Positions 60,331 to 64,000 of a stretch of 64,000 nucleotides of DNA are shown here, piece after piece. The DNA is taken from assembly GCA_003209065.1 (NCBI GenBank), contig QCSX01000004.1, positions 1,328 to 65,327 on the forward strand, given 5' to 3'. The DNA comes from Prochlorococcus sp. AG-670-N10. GTDB lineage: Bacteria > Cyanobacteriota > Cyanobacteriia > PCC-6307 > Cyanobiaceae. A model generated the notes under the pieces. That model was not told where the DNA came from. It saw only the letters and a list, made by a program, of their open reading frames with translations, and did not search any database. How positions within the stretch are numbered: the stretch's first letter is position 1; the number at the start of each line of letters is the position of its first letter. Position numbers and translations under genes: made by a program.

Positions 60331-61682
60331 TTTTGGGATTTGTTTTTTTTCCAATTTTCAATATTTATTTGTTTGCTTCTCGCAATAGCTAAGGAATTAT
60401 TTTGAGAATCTTTAGTAATTACTGAGCCTGCTCCAGTAGTAACTGAGTCGCCAAGATTGATAGGCGCTATTAAAACTGTATTGGCTCCAATACTAGAGTT
60501 TCTCCCAATATTAGTTTGATATTTTTTGGTGCCATCAAAATTTGCTGTAATAGTTCCTGCTCCTATGTTGGTATATTTACCAACTTTAGAATCGCCAATA
60601 TAACTTAGATGATTAACCTTAACTTCTTTATCTAATTGGCTATTTTTTATCTCAACAAAATTACCAATTTTGCCATAAGAGTAAATTTCACTATTAGGTC
60701 TTATATGGCTATAAGGACCAATTTTTACATGGTCCATTATTTTTGAATTAAAAATAGTTGAATTTATAATTTCGCAATTATCATTAACTATCGTATCTTT
60801 TATGAAAGTATTTGGGCCGATTTTACAATTATTAGAAATCTTAGTGTTTCCTCTTATATGTGTGTTAGCTTCGATTATTACATCTAATCCTATTATTGAC
60901 TCTTCACTTATTGTGCAACTCGCTGGATTAATAAAAGTCACTCCTCCAGTCATATGTTTCTTTTTAATTAAGGATTGAATAGTCTCTTCGCATTCTGATA
61001 ATTGCACTCTGTTATTGATTCCTTGAAGTTCTCCGTTATCTTCGACTTCAAAGCTATAAGAATTTTTCAGTAAGGTAATAGCGTCAGTTAGATATATTTC
61101 TTTTTGTTTATTATTACTTTTCAAAGAATTAATTATCTTTGACAAACTTTTCCAACTAAAGCAGTAAATTCCAGCATTCGTCAATAAATTTGAACGTTCA
61201 TCTTTATTGCAATCTTTTTCTTCGACTATCCTTTCAATTAAATTATCTTCCGTAAATACTCTTCCATAGCCATGAGGATTTTTTTTCTTAGTTGTTATTA
61301 AGGAAACATCGGCTGATTTTGAGTCATGATATTTAATAAGTTCTTTCAAAGTTTTAGCTTTGATAAGTGGCACATCTCCATTCAGAACCATCAAATTGCC
61401 TTCATGTTTTTTTACTTGCTTGGAAAGAACTTGAATCGCATGTCCTGTTCCTTTTTGTGGATTTTGAACAATAAAGTGAATGTTTTTATTTTTAATTATT
61501 GAATCTTCAACCTCCTTTGATTTGTGCCCAACTATGATAAATATTTTATGTGGTTTTAATTCATTACAAGAATTGATAACTCTTTGAAGGAGAGTTTTTC
61601 CAGATAATTTATGTAAGACTTTGGGAAGTGAGCTCGCCATCCTAGTACCCTTACCTGCAGCTAATATCGCAACAGTTAACAT
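60327..61682 (-). CDS. glmU: Bifunctional UDP-N-acetylglucosamine pyrophosphorylase / GlcN-1-P acetyltransferase
   Basis: It has the N-terminal [11 protein letters not shown] and C-terminal left-handed beta-helix hexapeptide repeats. It is 451 aa long. Confidence 0.9.
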   Translation of the reverse strand: MLTVAILAAGKGTRMASSLPKVLHKLSGKTLLQRVINSCNELKPHKIFIIVGHKSKEVEDSIIKNKNIHFIVQNPQKGTGHAIQVLSKQVKKHEGNLMVLNGDVPLIKAKTLKELIKYHDSKSADVSLITTKKKNPHGYGRVFTEDNLIERIVEEKDCNKDERSNLLTNAGIYCFSWKSLSKIINSLKSNNKQKEIYLTDAITLLKNSYSFEVEDNGELQGINNRVQLSECEETIQSLIKKKHMTGGVTFINPASCTISEESIIGLDVIIEANTHIRGNTKISNNCKIGPNTFIKDTIVNDNCEIINSTIFNSKIMDHVKIGPYSHIRPNSEIYSYGKIGNFVEIKNSQLDKEVKVNHLSYIGDSKVGKYTNIGAGTITANFDGTKKYQTNIGRNSSIGANTVLIAPINLGDSVTTGAGSVITKDSQNNSLAIARSKQINIENWKKNKSQN

Positions 61683-61722
61683 ATTTATTAAGATGTTTTA
61701 TTTAAATTTTACTGTCTAAGTT

Positions 61723-62613
61723 CTATTTCGTCATTCCCCATTTATCTCTCCATTTTTTTGAAGTCTTGAGATTACATAACAATTGTTCTTTGACTCTTTT
61801 TTGAATAATGTCTTTTGTATTTGAACTTAAAGCAGGATCACGATATGGGATACTTGCTTTAGTTAATAAATGTTCCTCTTCCATCGAAGATAATTTTTTA
61901 AAATATAAATTACTTTGTATAACCTTTTCATCAATTTTTTTTACCGCAATTGTCCCATTACTCCATAATCTTTGAGTGACTAAATCTGGCTCAATATTAA
62001 AAATGTTCAAACCGAAATCTTTTAATGTTCTTCTTATCGCAGCGGAACAAGAGTAGGTTATTAGATATCCTTGAGGGTTAAGTTTTTGAGTGACTTTTTC
62101 AAGAAATTCAACTGACCAAACTTGAGGACATTTTTGAGGGGAAAACCCATCTAAATAAATCAAATCAAATTTAATATTTGCAGGAATATTGTTGATCTTT
62201 TCTCTAGCATCGCCCCATAAAATATCACAGTCAAAAGATTTATCTCTATATTGAGAATTTTGTGATAATGCTTTAAATATTTTTAAAACTTTAGGATGCC
62301 ATAGCTTTTGAAATGCTTTATTTCCTAGAGAATATTCTAAAGGCTTTTTATCAATCTCTAAAGCATACCAATTTACAAAAGAATTTTGTCTAATTAGGTT
62401 ATTAAATAATGAAGCTGAATTGTATCCTAAGCCGAAGCAGATATCTAAAACATTCAGAGACTTATCCTTAAATCTTTTTAAATCAGAGGGGTTTATGAAT
62501 TTTATTTCAGTTTCTTTTAAAGCTCCTTCCAGGCTATGGAAGTTCTCTTGAAACAAAGAACTCCTTAGTGAAATACTGCCATCTTTAGTTAAGACCTCTT
62601 TTAATTCAGACAA
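61723..62613 (-). CDS. MnmC-methyltransferase-domain (MnmD/DUF752-like) SAM-dependent methyltransferase
   Basis: It has the SAM fold motif VLDICFGLGYN and the DUF752 signature DLIYLDGFSPQKCPQVWS. Confidence 0.55.
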   Translation of the reverse strand: MSELKEVLTKDGSISLRSSLFQENFHSLEGALKETEIKFINPSDLKRFKDKSLNVLDICFGLGYNSASLFNNLIRQNSFVNWYALEIDKKPLEYSLGNKAFQKLWHPKVLKIFKALSQNSQYRDKSFDCDILWGDAREKINNIPANIKFDLIYLDGFSPQKCPQVWSVEFLEKVTQKLNPQGYLITYSCSAAIRRTLKDFGLNIFNIEPDLVTQRLWSNGTIAVKKIDEKVIQSNLYFKKLSSMEEEHLLTKASIPYRDPALSSNTKDIIQKRVKEQLLCNLKTSKKWRDKWGMTK

Positions 62614-62626
62614 GAATTCTTTAATT

Positions 62627-63943
62627 TCAGTTAATAAGTTTTTCTAGATCGTCCCAAAAAGTTGGATAAGATACTTTAGAAGCATCAGCTCTTGCAATTT
62701 TTGAAGAACCCTTGGCGAGAAGTGAAGCTATAGCAAGACTCATAGATACACGATGATCAGTTTCACTATCAACTTCAGCAGAATGAAACTTAGACTCACC
62801 ATTAATTATTAAACCATCTTCTTTTTCTGAAATATTTGCACCAAATTTATTTAATTGTCTTGCCATAACTTTTAATCGATCTGTTTCTTTCACTCTTAAT
62901 TCTTTTGCATCTTTAATTTCTGAAACTCCACTACAAAAACAAGCTGCTACTGTAAGTATCGGAATCTCATCTATAAGCTTAGGAAGAATATCACCTTCTA
63001 TTTTGAACGGTCTCAAATAATTTGCGGACTTTACAAATATAGAACCTATTGGTTCTCCTGCAATGGTAGATTTTTCTACTATTTTATAGTTACATCCCAT
63101 TTTATCCATTACATTCAATATTCCTGTTCTCGTTGGATTTAGACCTACATTCTTAATAACAATTTCAGATTTCGGCACTATTGATGCCGCAATCATCCAA
63201 AAAGCTGCCGAGCTGATATCTCCTGGGATCAATATATTTTGACCTATCAAATTATTCCCTGATTTTATTACTATATTTCTTCCCAATTCTCCTCTTATAT
63301 TTATTTCAGCCCCGAATGCTTTTAGCATTCTTTCAGTATGATCTCTTGAGGATGCTGGTTCAATAACTGAGGTGGTTCCAGAGGCATTCAATCCTGCTAA
63401 TAATATTGCTGATTTAACTTGAGCACTAGCTACTGGAGTTCCAATCACGCAACCCTTTAGTTTCTTTCCATTGATAGAAATTGGAGCTTTTGTTCCATTT
63501 GCTCTGCCATAAATGTTTCCTCCCATTAAGGATAATGGTTTACTAACTCTTCCCATTGGTCTTTCATTAAGAGAGTTATCTCCAGTTAAAATAAAATTCT
63601 TTCCTCCTTGTCCAGCTAAAAGCCCCATTAACAACCTCATTGTTGTTCCTGAATTTCCGCAATCAAGAATTTCTTTGGGTTCTTTAAATCCATTGATACC
63701 CAAACCTTTTATTGTAAAAGGCTGATCCTTTTTTATTTCTGGAATATTTACACCCAATTTTCTTAGACAATTTGCAGTTGAAAGTGGGTCTTCAGAATAT
63801 AAAAAACCTTCAATATTAGTTTCACCCTCTGCAATACTTCCAATTATCAAAGATCTGTGAGAGATTGATTTATCTCCAGGAACTTTTATTATCCCTTGTA
63901 AAGTTCCTCCACCTTTGATGGTGCGGATTTGATTAGTATTCAA
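62627..63943 (-). CDS. aroA: 3-phosphoshikimate 1-carboxyvinyltransferase (EPSP synthase)
   Basis: The 438-aa protein contains [25 protein letters not shown] and a KETDRL motif. Confidence 0.92.
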   Translation of the reverse strand: MNTNQIRTIKGGGTLQGIIKVPGDKSISHRSLIIGSIAEGETNIEGFLYSEDPLSTANCLRKLGVNIPEIKKDQPFTIKGLGINGFKEPKEILDCGNSGTTMRLLMGLLAGQGGKNFILTGDNSLNERPMGRVSKPLSLMGGNIYGRANGTKAPISINGKKLKGCVIGTPVASAQVKSAILLAGLNASGTTSVIEPASSRDHTERMLKAFGAEINIRGELGRNIVIKSGNNLIGQNILIPGDISSAAFWMIAASIVPKSEIVIKNVGLNPTRTGILNVMDKMGCNYKIVEKSTIAGEPIGSIFVKSANYLRPFKIEGDILPKLIDEIPILTVAACFCSGVSEIKDAKELRVKETDRLKVMARQLNKFGANISEKEDGLIINGESKFHSAEVDSETDHRVSMSLAIASLLAKGSSKIARADASKVSYPTFWDDLEKLIN

Positions 63944-64000
63944 ATTAATAAGTTGGTTAAATTTTTATAAATTTTTTCATAGATATATATTATCAATAAG

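Noticed and set aside
1-64000. I searched for CRISPR arrays, IS elements, integrases, phage genes, toxin-antitoxin pairs, restriction-modification systems or other defence systems, and for rRNA, tmRNA, RNase P or 6S RNA.
   Set aside because: No spaced direct-repeat arrays, terminal inverted repeats, recombinase-like ORFs or GC-rich structured RNA islands are visible other than the single tRNA. All ORFs of 100 aa or more that are not antisense to another gene are either accounted for by housekeeping or conserved families or listed as small unknown-function genes. The base composition looks uniform.

Overview
The window reads as ordinary core chromosome of a low-GC, high-light-type Prochlorococcus marinus. 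The evidence is AT-rich, N/K/I-rich proteins, alpha-carboxysome cso genes, plastocyanin, NDH-1 subunits and phylloquinone men genes. The gene order matches what I remember for the region from csoS2 to aroA in MED4-like strains; this is from memory, not a search. I call about 60 tightly packed protein genes on both strands, mostly separated by gaps of only a few tens of nt or less, and one intron-less tRNA-Leu(UAA). I see no rRNA, CRISPR array, transposase, integrase or phage genes, and no obvious compositional island. Content in order: the 3' half of the cso operon (csoS2 5'-truncated by the window edge, csoSCA, csoS4A/B, a pterin-dehydratase-like acRAF), ridA, gloB, hisG, an ABC exporter coupled to a GNAT, a paired-transferase module, dnaA, a Grx/GST-like gene divergent from gor, a CaCA antiporter, pyrC, tRNA-Leu, ndhL, trpA, cyAbrB, a sigma-factor mini-operon, hisIE, clpB, petE, hemE, glgB, a TamB/TIC236-like giant protein, proA, folB, prlC, ndhD, the thrB-glk-thrS-trpS block, mntCAB, lepB, menD-menB, glgA, murF, glmU and aroA. 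All product calls rest on motif and family recognition by eye. I do not find a convincing novel multi-gene system such as a defence island. The best leads for undescribed biology are modest: (1) a sigma factor / DUF1232 membrane protein / XRE-HTH mini-operon; (2) an RGG-rich, ribbon-helix-helix-like protein with a KEEI repeat that overlaps the trpS start; (3) an arsenosugar-family transferase pair with no rSAM partner in the window; (4) a DUF4336 gene appended to mntCAB; (5) a CPYC Grx/GST fusion divergent from glutathione reductase. There are also a few unexplained AT-rich spacers containing repeats.
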